The translations under genes and the position numbers were made by a program. A stretch of 37,476 bases of DNA from Candidatus Eiseniibacteriota bacterium. Its GTDB lineage: Bacteria > Orphanbacterota > Orphanbacteria > Orphanbacterales > Orphanbacteraceae. Numbering within the stretch: the first letter of the stretch is position 1; each line of letters begins with the position of its first letter. Shown one piece after another: positions 9,945 to 22,790 of this stretch. The notes under the pieces are model-generated. The model ran no database searches. It had not been told where the DNA came from and was given only the letters and a program-made list of their open reading frames with translations. The stretch is taken from NCBI GenBank assembly GCA_043809585.1, contig JBDROZ010000117.1:1-37476 (forward strand). The letters run 5' to 3'.

Positions 9945-12314
9945 CTACATCTCCACCAGCGTGTACCCGCCGTTCTCGCCGAGCCGGAAGCCCCCGATTC
10001 TCGGGTCGTCCCGGAGCATCTCGGTCACCTGGCTCCGGACCGCGCCCGTGCCGATGCCATGCACGATGCGGACCGACGGCGCCCCCGAAAGCAGGGCTTC
10101 GTCGATGAAACGATCGAGGGCGGCCCGGGCTTCCTCCACCCGGAACCCCCGGAGGTCGAGCTCGTGCCTTCCTTCGGGCAACGGACGCTCGCCGCCGGCC
10201 GGGGTCCCCCGCCGCCGGGCGCCGGCCGAGGGCCGCCTCCCCGAAGGGGGGCCGAGATCCTCCACGGCGATCTCGAGGCGAATGCCCTCCGCTTCCACGA
10301 AGACCCGGCCCGGCCGGTTCCCGGTGCCGACCACGCGGCCGTCCCGGTTCAGGCTCTTCACGTGCACCGGGTCCCCGACGCCCACCTCGGCGCCCCCCCC
10401 CCTTCCTCCCTCCATCCCCGCGAGTTCGCCGAGCCGATCCGCGAGCCTCCGCCGCTCCTCCTCGATCGCCCTCCGCGTCTCGCGGATGCTCTCCCCGTCC
10501 CCGTCCCGGCTCCTCAGATCCCGGACCAGCCGCTCCACGAGGGAACGGGAATCGTCGAGATACCGCTTCGCTTCGGCGGTCCTCTCCCGTTCCCACGCCC
10601 GCCGCTCCTCGCGGAGCCGCCGGTCCTCCTCTTCCGTCGTCTCCCGGAGGGCGCGGAAGCGCTCTCTTTCCGAGGCGAGATCCGACTCGAGCTCGGCGGC
10701 CCGGAGCCGACGTTCCTTCAGGTCGGCGAGGAGCGATTCGATCTCCGCCTCCGATTCGCCCATCGACTCCCGGGCCCGTTCGATCACGGCGTGAGGCACG
10801 CCGAGGCGCGCGGCGATCTCCAGGGCGTGGCTCGTGCCCGGGAGGCCCACCTCGAGCCGGTAGGTCGGGCACAGGGCGTTCGGGTCGAACTCCATCGACG
10901 CGTTGACCATGCCCGGCCTGTCGTGGACGAAGACCTTGAGCGATCCGAGGTGGGTCGTGACCAGAGAAACGGCCCCCCGGCGGTGCACCTCCTCGAGAAC
11001 GCTCATGGCGAGTGCCGCCCCCTCGGCCGGATCCGTCCCGCTCCCCACTTCGTCGATGAGGACCAGCGAATCGTCGCCGGCTTCCTCGAGGATGCGGACC
11101 ATCTGGCGGAGCCGGGCGGAGAAGCTCGAGAGGCTGTTGTCGATCGACTGCTCGTCGCCGATGTCGGCGAAGACCTTCCGAAAGAAGGGGAGCCCCGTCC
11201 CCTCCCCGGCCGGAAGCCCGAGACCCGCCTGGGCCATGAGAACGAAGAGCCCCACCGTTTTCAGGGCGACCGTCTTCCCTCCCGTGTTCGGCCCCGTGAG
11301 GACCATGGTCCGCCCGTCGTCCGGGAACTCCAGATCGAGGGGAACGAGCGCCGCCCCTTCCCCCGCCTTCCGGAGGGACCGCTCGAGAAGGGGGTGCCGG
11401 CCCCTGACGATCCGGATGGGACCGTCCCGGTCGATGCGGGGGATGCGGGAGTCCGTCTCCCGGGCAAACAGTCCCTTCGCCTGGATGAAGTCGATCTCCC
11501 CGAGGATGCCGCCGTTCCGGGAGAGGGTTCCCGCGCTCTCCCGGACCCCGCCGGTTAGCTTCCGGAGGATGCGGCGCACCTCCCGAAGCTCCTCCCGGTG
11601 GAGCCGCGAAAGGCTGTTGTTCTTCTCCACCGTCTCCATGGGCTCCACGAAGACCGTCGCCCCCGATCCGGAATGGTCGTGGACGATTCCCTCCACGGCC
11701 CCCCGGTCACCCTCCTTGACGGGAAGAACGTAGCGACCGTTCCGGAGGGTGACGATGTTCTCCTGGAGGGAACGCTGCACACGGCGGGACTGCAGGTAGC
11801 GATCGAGGACGCGGCGCACCTCTTCGCGGGTCGATTCGATCTCCCGCCGGATCGCGGCGAGCTCGCCGCTCGCCCGGTCCGTCACCATCCCCTCATCGTC
11901 GATGCAACGGGCGATTTCCATCTGCAGCGGAGCGAGCGCGTCGAGCCCCCCCGCAATGGCGGCGAGCTTCGGGCACGCCCCCTTTTCGTCCTGGAAATAG
12001 CGGGCCACATCGTCCGCCATTCGCGCCATCCGGAGAACGTGAAGGAGGTCTTCCGCTTCGAGGAACGATCCCTCCGCCGCGGCCCGTGAGAGAAGGGGTT
12101 CCACGTCGACGGCGCCGCCGCAGGGGACGTTCCCTTTCCTCTGCAGCAGGCCGAGCATCTCCCCGAGCCGTGCCTGCCGGTCCCGGACCGTCTCGAGGGC
12201 GGAGAGGGGCGTCATCCTCTCCGCGAGGGCCGCGCCGAGCGGAGAGAGACACTTACCCCGCACCAACTCCACGACACGGGTGTACTCGAGAACATCGAAG
12301 CTATGAGGATTCAT
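9945..12314 (-). CDS. mutS2: Endonuclease / ribosome-collision factor MutS2
   Basis: HDHSGSGATVFVEP, Walker A TGPNTGGKT, DIGDEQSI, DEVGSGTDP, and C-terminal Smr (LDLRG...VHGIGTG). ATG at 12314. Confidence 0.95.
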   Translation of the reverse strand: MNPHSFDVLEYTRVVELVRGKCLSPLGAALAERMTPLSALETVRDRQARLGEMLGLLQRKGNVPCGGAVDVEPLLSRAAAEGSFLEAEDLLHVLRMARMADDVARYFQDEKGACPKLAAIAGGLDALAPLQMEIARCIDDEGMVTDRASGELAAIRREIESTREEVRRVLDRYLQSRRVQRSLQENIVTLRNGRYVLPVKEGDRGAVEGIVHDHSGSGATVFVEPMETVEKNNSLSRLHREELREVRRILRKLTGGVRESAGTLSRNGGILGEIDFIQAKGLFARETDSRIPRIDRDGPIRIVRGRHPLLERSLRKAGEGAALVPLDLEFPDDGRTMVLTGPNTGGKTVALKTVGLFVLMAQAGLGLPAGEGTGLPFFRKVFADIGDEQSIDNSLSSFSARLRQMVRILEEAGDDSLVLIDEVGSGTDPAEGAALAMSVLEEVHRRGAVSLVTTHLGSLKVFVHDRPGMVNASMEFDPNALCPTYRLEVGLPGTSHALEIAARLGVPHAVIERARESMGESEAEIESLLADLKERRLRAAELESDLASERERFRALRETTEEEDRRLREERRAWERERTAEAKRYLDDSRSLVERLVRDLRSRDGDGESIRETRRAIEEERRRLADRLGELAGMEGGRGGGAEVGVGDPVHVKSLNRDGRVVGTGNRPGRVFVEAEGIRLEIAVEDLGPPSGRRPSAGARRRGTPAGGERPLPEGRHELDLRGFRVEEARAALDRFIDEALLSGAPSVRIVHGIGTGAVRSQVTEMLRDDPRIGGFRLGENGGYTLVEM

Positions 12315-12534
12315 ACGAAAAGAATTGCCCCCCCCGCGGACCACGACCCATGAGGACCAGGGGAATCCGAACGCATTCGCGACCGCGGGGGGGGACGCCG
12401 AGAGGTAATCTGATTAGGCGATTTCCCACTGGGGGCGCGCCTCGATTGAAGGCGTCCGCGTCGAACCCGCGATTGGGTGAGGCGGGAAACGAAACATCCT
12501 CTCCCGCCTGAAAAGAACCCACAATCTTTCCCTT

Positions 12535-12563
12535 AATTTAGGCGAGGATCGCGAAAGTGTCAA
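12535..12563 (-). promoter_or_regulatory. Sigma70 promoter upstream of mutS2-dnaG-rpoD
   Basis: TTGACA (12563-12558) - N17 - TAAATT (12540-12535). Confidence 0.75.
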
Positions 12564-12581
12564 GGCGATCGCTCAGTTTTC

Positions 12582-13325
12582 TCAACCACTTCCGGCATCG
12601 GAGGGGGAGGGCACGAACCGGGCGGCGGCGACGAGGGCGGCCGTGGCGGTGCGGAGGTTCCGTGGACCGAGGGAGAGCGTCCGGGCGCCGGCGGACCGGA
12701 GCCTTTCCTCCTCCTCCGGGGTGAATCCGCCCTCCGGGCCGACCACGAGAAGGACCCGCTCCCCCACCCGGGGAACGGGAAAGGGCGATCCTTCCCTGTC
12801 GAGGAGGAAGACCCGGTCGTGGTCCGTTGCGGCGGCGATGACCTCCTCCAGCCGGCCCGTGGGGTCGATCCGGGAGAGCCGCGCCCCCCGCGCCACCTTC
12901 ATGGACGCGAGGGCGATCCGCCTCCACCGCTCCTCTCTCGTCCCTTCCCGGGGTCTCCCGGAACGGATCACGGTCCGCTCCGCCTCGAAGGGGAGGAAAC
13001 GGGCCACGCCGATCTCGGCCCCCCTCTCGACGATCTCGTCCATCCCGTTCCTCTTCGGGAGGCCGACGGCGAGGGTGATGAGGACCGGGGGCTCCGAGGC
13101 CGATCGAAACCGCTCGATGACCTCCCCGCCGGTCCGCTCCCCTTCCCGGAAGAGGGCGACCAGGGCGCCGTTCCCCTCGCCGTCCACGACGGTGACCCGG
13201 GCCCCTTCGCCGAGACGGAGAGACCGCGTCACGTGCCGGGCTTCGTCGCCCGAGAAAAAGAAGCGCTCCGCCCGGAGATCCCCGGGGGGAGCGTAGAAGA
13301 AGCGGGATCGCTCGTCTTTGTTCAT
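12582..13325 (-). CDS. rsmE: 16S rRNA m3U1498 methyltransferase RsmE
   Basis: [34 protein letters not shown]. Own ATG at 13325; the 629-aa ORF in the track is an artefact of the dnaJ frameshift. Confidence 0.92.
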   Translation of the reverse strand: MNKDERSRFFYAPPGDLRAERFFFSGDEARHVTRSLRLGEGARVTVVDGEGNGALVALFREGERTGGEVIERFRSASEPPVLITLAVGLPKRNGMDEIVERGAEIGVARFLPFEAERTVIRSGRPREGTREERWRRIALASMKVARGARLSRIDPTGRLEEVIAAATDHDRVFLLDREGSPFPVPRVGERVLLVVGPEGGFTPEEEERLRSAGARTLSLGPRNLRTATAALVAAARFVPSPSDAGSG

Positions 13326-13342
13326 GTCACCAGGGGCGGTTT

Positions 13343-14459
13343 TCACGATTCCGGATGGAACAGGCCTTTTCCCCGGATCTCCTCGAGGGCCGCCTGCTCC
13401 TCTTTCGACAGCTTCTTCGGCACGTGGACGTGGACCCGGACGAGCTCGTCCCCCCGGCTTCGCCCCCGCAGATGGGGGATCCCCTTCCCCCGAAGGCGGA
13501 AGATCTTCCCCGAAGGGGTGCCCCCCGGGATGTTCATCTTCGCCCGCCCGTCGAGAGTCGGCACCTCGATCGAATCGCCGAGGGCCGCCTGGTCGAAGGA
13601 GATGGACACGTCGCAGAGAACGTCGTCGCCATGGCGCTCGAACGTCCGGTGGGGCTTCTCCTCGATGACGACGATCAGGTCCCCCGGCGGCCCCCCCCGG
13701 GGACCGGCGTTCCCTTTCCCGCGGAGAGGGATGTAGTTGCCCGTCGAGACGCCGGCGGGGATCTTGACCGCCACCGTCCGGGTCTGCTCCTTCCGCCCGT
13801 CGCCGCCGCATGCCCCGCAGGGCGCTTCGATCCTCGTCCCCTCGCCCCGGCAGGTCGGGCAGGGGGCGATGTTCACCATGCGGCCGAGGAAGCTCTGCTG
13901 CATCTGCCGGACCTCGCCGGTGCCGTGGCAGGTGGAGCAGGCGCGCGCTTCCGTCCCCGGCTTCGCCCCGGTGGCTCCGCACGTCTCGCAGGGGGCCTGA
14001 AGGCGCACCTTGATCTTCTTCTCCGCGCCGGCGGCGATCTCCTGGATCTCCAGGGGGAGACGGATCTGGATGTCCCGCCCCCGGGCGGGCCCCCGGGTCC
14101 CCGCCCCGGCGCCCCCCCCACCGCCGAAGAAGTCGCCGAACCCGCCTCCTCCGAAATCGCGCATGAACGCCCGGAGCGCGTCGGAGAGATCGAACCCCTG
14201 GAACCCGGCACCGCCCCCCCCCCCCGAAGGCCCCTTCCATCCCGTCGTGCCCGTACTGGTCGTAGCGGCTCCGCTTCTCGCCCTCCCGCAGGATCTCGTA
14301 CGCCTCGGTCGCCTCCTTGAAGCTCTCCTCCGCCGCCCGGTCCCCCGGGTTCTTGTCCGGGTGGTATTTCAGGGCGAGCTTCCGGTACGCCTTCTTGATT
14401 TCGTCCTTGGTCGCCCCTTTCGGGACGCCGAGGATCTCGTAATAATCCCGCTTGGACAT
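13343..14459 (-). CDS. dnaJ: Chaperone DnaJ, split by a one-base frameshift in a G12 tract (14214-14225)
   Basis: J domain ([15 protein letters not shown]) in one frame; G/F region, four CxxCxGxG repeats and the C-terminal domain in another. G11 restores a single ORF (...[25 protein letters not shown]...). Confidence 0.93.
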
Positions 14460-14495
14460 GCCCGTCCCCATCGCCGGCCGAACCGCGCCCGTTCC

Positions 14496-16427
<1,932 letters not shown>

Positions 16428-16447
16428 GGCTCTTCCTCCTCGATCCC

Positions 16448-17029
16448 TTATTCGTTCGATGACGTATCGTTCGTATCTCGCCCGGCGGCCTCCTCCGCGG
16501 CGGGGGCGGCCACGGCGACCATGGCGGGCCGGAGCACCCGGTCACCGGAAAGGTAGCCCCTGCGGATCTCGGCCGCCACATGTCCCGCCGGGACGCCCGG
16601 GTCCGGCACGTTCTGGAGCGCGTCGTGACGCTCGGGGTCGAAGGGCTCGCCCACCGAGTCGAACCCTCTCACCCCGAGCCCTTCGAGGACGGCGACGAAT
16701 TTTCCCCGGATCATCTCCACGCCCTTCCGGAAGGGAGCGCCGTCCTCCTCCCCTCCGAGGGCCCGGTCGAAATCGTCGAGCACTTCGAGAAGGGGGATCG
16801 TCACGCCGGCCCGGGCGGCCCAGAGATCCCGCTCCCGGTCCCGGGCGGTCCGCTTCCGGAAGTTATCCAGATCCGCCACGGCCCGGAGCCACTTGTCCTC
16901 CAGATCGGCGGCGCGCCGGCCGAGTTCATCCGCCTCGGAGGGCGCTTCGGCGGCGCTCTCTTCGACCCCCCCTTCGCCGTTCGGCTCGACGGGCGCCTCG
17001 TCTTCCCGCTTCTTCTTCGATGGGCTCAT
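16448..17029 (-). CDS. grpE: Nucleotide exchange factor GrpE
   Basis: [24 protein letters not shown]...VLRPAMV; lies between hrcA and dnaK. Confidence 0.95.
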   Translation of the reverse strand: MSPSKKKREDEAPVEPNGEGGVEESAAEAPSEADELGRRAADLEDKWLRAVADLDNFRKRTARDRERDLWAARAGVTIPLLEVLDDFDRALGGEEDGAPFRKGVEMIRGKFVAVLEGLGVRGFDSVGEPFDPERHDALQNVPDPGVPAGHVAAEIRRGYLSGDRVLRPAMVAVAAPAAEEAAGRDTNDTSSNE

Positions 17030-17054
17030 CTTCCCGATCTCTCCCCCCCGCGTG

Positions 17055-18101
17055 TCACGCCTCCGGGATGTCCCCCATCCGGGTCTCCACGACCCGGCGC
17101 ACGAAATCGATGAGACCGGTGGTCCGGTCGTAGTTCATTCTCGTGGGGCCGATCACTCCCATCACTCCCGTGAAATGGCCGAACCGGTAGCGGGTGACCA
17201 CGACGCTGCACGGCTTCAGTTCGTCCCGGTCGTTTTCCCCGCCGATCCGCACCTCCGGTCCGCCGCCGGCCCGCTGGGGCTCGAGCTCCCCCCGGAGGGT
17301 CCCCCGCTCCCGGAGGAATTCGCCGAGGGCGGCGAGGTCGTTCGGGTTCCGGAACTCGGGCTGTGCGGCGAGCGCTTCGAACCCGAAGACGGTGACGCCC
17401 CCACCCCGCCACGTTTCGAGCAGCTCCGCCGCGGCGGCCCGGAAGGCGCGCACCACCGGGGTGGAGGCCATCGTCCGCTCTCCCCGTTCGCCGAACACCA
17501 GTTCCCGCACCTCCCGCACCGGGAGCCCCCGGAACCGGGCGCCGAGGGCGGCCACGTCCCGGTCGAAGCTCTCGTCGTCGACCGGCTCCGGGGGAACGGC
17601 CACGGAGGTCCGGATCAGGCCCGAGTGCAGGGTCAGCATCCAGGCGATGCGACCGCCCGCGACCCGGTCGGCGAAGAGACCCCCGAAGATGCCTTCGTCG
17701 AGCCGGGGGGGAGAGGCGAAACCGAGGTGCCCCGAGAGGCGCCCGACCAATCCGGAAACCGACGACGGGAGGCGGTCCGGCCTCGGCGCCACCCGATCGA
17801 GGCCGGAGAAGACGGCCTCCTGCTCCTCCCGGCCGGGGGAGGCCGAATCCATGATGTCGTCCACATAAACCCGGTATCCCCGGTCGGTCGGGATCCGTCC
17901 CGACGAGGTGTGAGGCTGACTGAGGAGGCCTCGGTCCTCCATTCGGTTCATGAGAGTACGGATGGTGGCGGAGCTGAAGGCGAGCCCGGTGTCGCGAACG
18001 ACCCGTTCGGAAGCGACGGGCAGCGCCGTTTCCACATGGGTACGTACCACGCAGGCCAGAATCGTCTTCTCCCGCTCGTCGAGAGGGGCCGTAACGGTCA
18101 T
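17055..18101 (-). CDS. hrcA: Heat-inducible transcription repressor HrcA
   Basis: SSATIR, QPHTSSGRIPTDRGYRVYVD, GVIGPTRMNY. Start set at ATG 18101; ATG 18155 abuts the promoter -10. Confidence 0.93.
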   Translation of the reverse strand: MTVTAPLDEREKTILACVVRTHVETALPVASERVVRDTGLAFSSATIRTLMNRMEDRGLLSQPHTSSGRIPTDRGYRVYVDDIMDSASPGREEQEAVFSGLDRVAPRPDRLPSSVSGLVGRLSGHLGFASPPRLDEGIFGGLFADRVAGGRIAWMLTLHSGLIRTSVAVPPEPVDDESFDRDVAALGARFRGLPVREVRELVFGERGERTMASTPVVRAFRAAAAELLETWRGGGVTVFGFEALAAQPEFRNPNDLAALGEFLRERGTLRGELEPQRAGGGPEVRIGGENDRDELKPCSVVVTRYRFGHFTGVMGVIGPTRMNYDRTTGLIDFVRRVVETRMGDIPEA

Positions 18102-18155
18102 CTTCGCTCCATCTCCCGATGCGCCAACGGGTTCAACCGCCTCGAATTTGTCCAT

Positions 18156-18184
18156 AACCTACGGGGCGGAGCGGGGTTTGTCAA
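18156..18184 (-). promoter_or_regulatory. Sigma70 promoter of the hrcA-grpE-dnaK-dnaJ operon
   Basis: TTGACA (18184-18179) - N17 - TAGGTT (18161-18156), overlapping the 3' end of hemW. Confidence 0.7.
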
Positions 18185-19233
18185 GGGAGGCCCCGATTCC
18201 GTCGAAGAGCCGGGCGGTCACCGCGTCGGCAAGAGGGATCCCCTTTTCCGTCAATAGGATGCGCCGCCCCCGCCGCGTGAGGAGCCCGGCCCCGGCGAGA
18301 CCGCGGAGCGGGATGTCCAAAGCCCGCGCCAGGTCCATTCCCACCCGCTCCCCCTCTCGCCGGAGGTCGAGTCCGGCGACCCGCCGGAGCCCGAGCAGGA
18401 TTCTCTCCCGGGCGAACTCCCCTTCGCCGAGGATCTCCTCGCCGCCCGGCACCATCCCCCTCTCGATCCACTCGACGTAACGGTCCGATTCCTCCGGGTT
18501 CCGGTAACGCCGCCGGCCGATCATTCCCGCCCCCCCCGGGACCGAGGCCGAAGACGTCCCCCCCCGCCGAGACGAGACGGATCGAAACCGGTTCGCGCCG
18601 GGGAAGGGAGAAGTGGAAGATCTCGTACCGGCGGAGGCCGGCTCTCTCGAGCATCTTCCCGGAGCGCCGGTACCGGTCGATCCACTCCCCCTCTTCGAGG
18701 GATCCGGGCATGTTCTCGACGAGCGAGACGTGGTCCGGCGCGGCCGAGATCGACGATTCGATCCGGGCCCGGAAGTCGTCTCCGTCCAGGGCGAGATCGA
18801 CGGCGACTTCCCGGAATCCGTGATCGCGTGCCGTCCGGGCCGCCCCGGCGATGTCCGGGGCGGGTCCCGACCCGAGGGCCCGGAGGCAGATCCGCCCGAA
18901 TCGGCGCCGGCGAAACGACTCGAGGGGGGCCGATCTCATCGACGAGGGCGACCCTTCCCACGTCCGCTCCGCGCCGACGAGGAAGGAGAAGGAGGATTCG
19001 ACCCCCCGGAGGAGTTCGTCGAGCCGTTCCTCCCCCATCGCGAGGGCGTCCCCTCCACCGACGGACCACGCGACGACGCGGGTCCGCCGGCCGGCCGGGC
19101 TCTCCCCGCGAAGCCGCGACTCCTCCCGGAGGGCGCGGATCAATCGGGCCTGGTCGAACGACGGGTCCCGGAGAACGGACTCGGGCGGGATCTGGAGGTG
19201 GAGGGCGCGCGCCCGGGGAGCGCCGCCGGCCAT
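18159..19233 (-). pseudogene. hemW: Degenerate HemW/HemN-like protein, frameshifted at a G8 tract (18530-18537) and lacking CxxxCxxC
   Basis: Position between lepA and hrcA. Remnant motifs LHLQIP, VGGG, YEI.HF, FGLGPG in one frame; RRYRN...ERILLGLR...LTEKG (HemN_C-like) in the other. G7 joins them. It may be an intact gene with a sequencing error. Confidence 0.75.
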
Positions 19234-19236
19234 GCC

Positions 19237-21054
<1,818 letters not shown>

Positions 21055-21115
21055 GGCGTTTTCCGCGGTCGCCGAAACTCCGAGGTCCCGGCCCCTTGCT
21101 CCCCTTCGTTCGTGT

Positions 21116-21745
21116 CTAGTGGATCGGCCGGAGGAAACGGGTGATTCTCGGGAGAAACCGGTCTTTGTCCCAGGAGAAGTAAAGGAACATGGCGTGCCCC
21201 TTCACGCGGCTCTTGTCGAGGAATCCCCAGTAGCGGCTGTCCTGGCTCTGGTTCCGGTTGTCCCCGAGCATCAGAAGAGCGTTCTCGGGCACCACCTTCG
21301 GCCCCCAGTTCGCCATCGCCGGGATCCCGCCCCCCTTCAAGACGGTGAAGGGCTCCTCCCGGGCTTCGCCGTTCACGTAGAGAACGTTGTTTCTGAGTTC
21401 CACCGTCTCCCCTTCGACGGCGACACAGCGCTTGATGTAGTCCTTGTCCACGTGGGGCGCGCGGAAGACGATGATGTCACCCGCTTTCGGCTCGCGCACG
21501 GCCGGAAGCCTCGTCTCGGTGAAAGGGATGCGCGCCCCGTACAGGAACTTGTTCGCCACCAGGAAATCGCCCACCAGGAGCGTGTCCTCCATCGACCCCG
21601 TGGGAATCTGGAACGCCTGGATCACGAAGGTGCGGAGGAAGAAGAAGAGCACGCCGGCCACGAAGATCGCCTCTCCGTACTCACGAGCCCGGTTCCTCTT
21701 CGGGGCCGCCGGCATCTTCGCGCGGCCCCTCGGACGGTCGGCCAT
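21116..21745 (-). CDS. lepB: Signal peptidase I
   Basis: TM segment, [10 protein letters not shown] (Ser), DYIKRC (Lys), [24 protein letters not shown]. Confidence 0.95.
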   Translation of the reverse strand: MADRPRGRAKMPAAPKRNRAREYGEAIFVAGVLFFFLRTFVIQAFQIPTGSMEDTLLVGDFLVANKFLYGARIPFTETRLPAVREPKAGDIIVFRAPHVDKDYIKRCVAVEGETVELRNNVLYVNGEAREEPFTVLKGGGIPAMANWGPKVVPENALLMLGDNRNQSQDSRYWGFLDKSRVKGHAMFLYFSWDKDRFLPRITRFLRPIH

Positions 21746-21763
21746 CGGTCTCCTCCAGGTTCC

Positions 21764-22228
21764 TCAGAAACGGGCCGCCAAAGCGACCGCCACGCCCCCG
21801 TCCGCCCGGGGTTCCGGCGCGATCCGCCACGTCACCCGGTCCACGGCCTCCACATCGTCGTCGAACCCGACCATGTGGGCATCGACATATGCGTCGAGAA
21901 CGCTGTACAGCCCGAGGATGGCGGCCCACCAGACCATGTCCGCCCGCCGGTCCCGGAGGTCCCGGTACCGCTCCTCGAGAAACGCCTCCCCCCACGGCGA
22001 GGACGGATCGTTCCGCTCTTCGTCGTACCAGCGGGCCCGCCGTTCGATGATGAAGGCTCGACTCAGAAGATACGATTGCAGGGAGAATATCACAACCGCC
22101 TTGATCTCGCTCCCGTTGTGGAGTTGCCCCCATCCGGGAAAGGCCATGGACCTCAGGGAGGCGCCGAAGGGGGAGACATGGGGAGCCGGCGTTTCCCCGC
22201 CCCGGGCCGGAAGGGGCGGGAAGAGCAA
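21764..22228 (-). CDS. DUF5683-like membrane protein (start uncertain)
   Basis: A.LRSM.FPGWGQLHN...K and LDAYVDAH motifs. The only start downstream of the tRNA and before the domain is TTG 22228; in-frame ATGs lie at 22327 and 22390 (see findings). Confidence 0.75.
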   Translation of the reverse strand: MLFPPLPARGGETPAPHVSPFGASLRSMAFPGWGQLHNGSEIKAVVIFSLQSYLLSRAFIIERRARWYDEERNDPSSPWGEAFLEERYRDLRDRRADMVWWAAILGLYSVLDAYVDAHMVGFDDDVEAVDRVTWRIAPEPRADGGVAVALAARF

Positions 22229-22273
22229 GCAGAAAAGAAGAAGCCCGGCGGCCGCGCGCCAGGCCCGAAGAAG

Positions 22274-22371
22274 TGGCGGGAATGTGTGGGAATCGAACCC
22301 ACCCCGGATGGTTTTAGCACCCGGCATAAGGATTTGAAGTCCTCGGGGCCCACCAGAACCCATCCATTCCC
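22274..22371 (-). tRNA. selC: tRNA-Sec (UCA)
   Basis: 98 nt: 6-bp D-stem GGGTTC/GGGCCC with TGGT loop, anticodon loop CT-TCA-AA, long variable arm CCGGGTG/CATCCGG, T-arm GTGGG-TTCGATT-CCCAC, ends GCCA. Confidence 0.93.
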
Positions 22372-22386
22372 ATACCCTCGAATCGC

Positions 22387-22779
22387 TCATCGCCCGCCCA
22401 CGGCGGCCACCGCTTCGATCTCGACGAGGGCCCCCTTCGGGAGGGCGCCCACCTCGACGCACGACCGGGCCGGCGGGGGGTCGGAAAAGAACGTCCCGTA
22501 CACTTCGTTCATCTCCCCGAAGGCCCCGAGGTCGGTCAGGAACACGGTGGTTTTGACCACCCGGTCGAGACCCGAACCGCCCGCGACGAGCACGGCCGCG
22601 AGGTTCCGGAGGACCCGCTCGGTCTGCTCCGCGACGGTGGTCCCCGTCATCTCGCCCGTTTCCGGATCGAGGGGGATCTGTCCGGCCGTGAAGAGAAAGT
22701 CGCCGAACCGGATTCCCTGGCTGTACGGTCCGACCGCGCCCGGCGCGTCGCCCGTCCGGACCTGCTTCCTTTCGCTCAC
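22387..22779 (-). CDS. ridA: RidA/YjgF family enamine/imine deaminase
   Basis: APGAVGPYSQG, TAGQIP, VVKTTVFL, PARSCVEV.ALP...VEIE. GTG start. Confidence 0.92.
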   Translation of the reverse strand: MSERKQVRTGDAPGAVGPYSQGIRFGDFLFTAGQIPLDPETGEMTGTTVAEQTERVLRNLAAVLVAGGSGLDRVVKTTVFLTDLGAFGEMNEVYGTFFSDPPPARSCVEVGALPKGALVEIEAVAAVGGR

Positions 22780-22790
22780 CCCGTTCCCCC

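Noticed and set aside
12301..12522. 73-aa ORF in the mutS2 leader as a leader peptide
   Set aside because: It begins a few nt after the predicted TSS without an RBS and has no recognisable features; RNA structure explains the region better.
12582..14471. 629-aa J-domain/RsmE fusion ORF
   Set aside because: Produced by the dnaJ G-tract frameshift; the middle is out-of-frame dnaJ, and rsmE has its own ATG at 13325.
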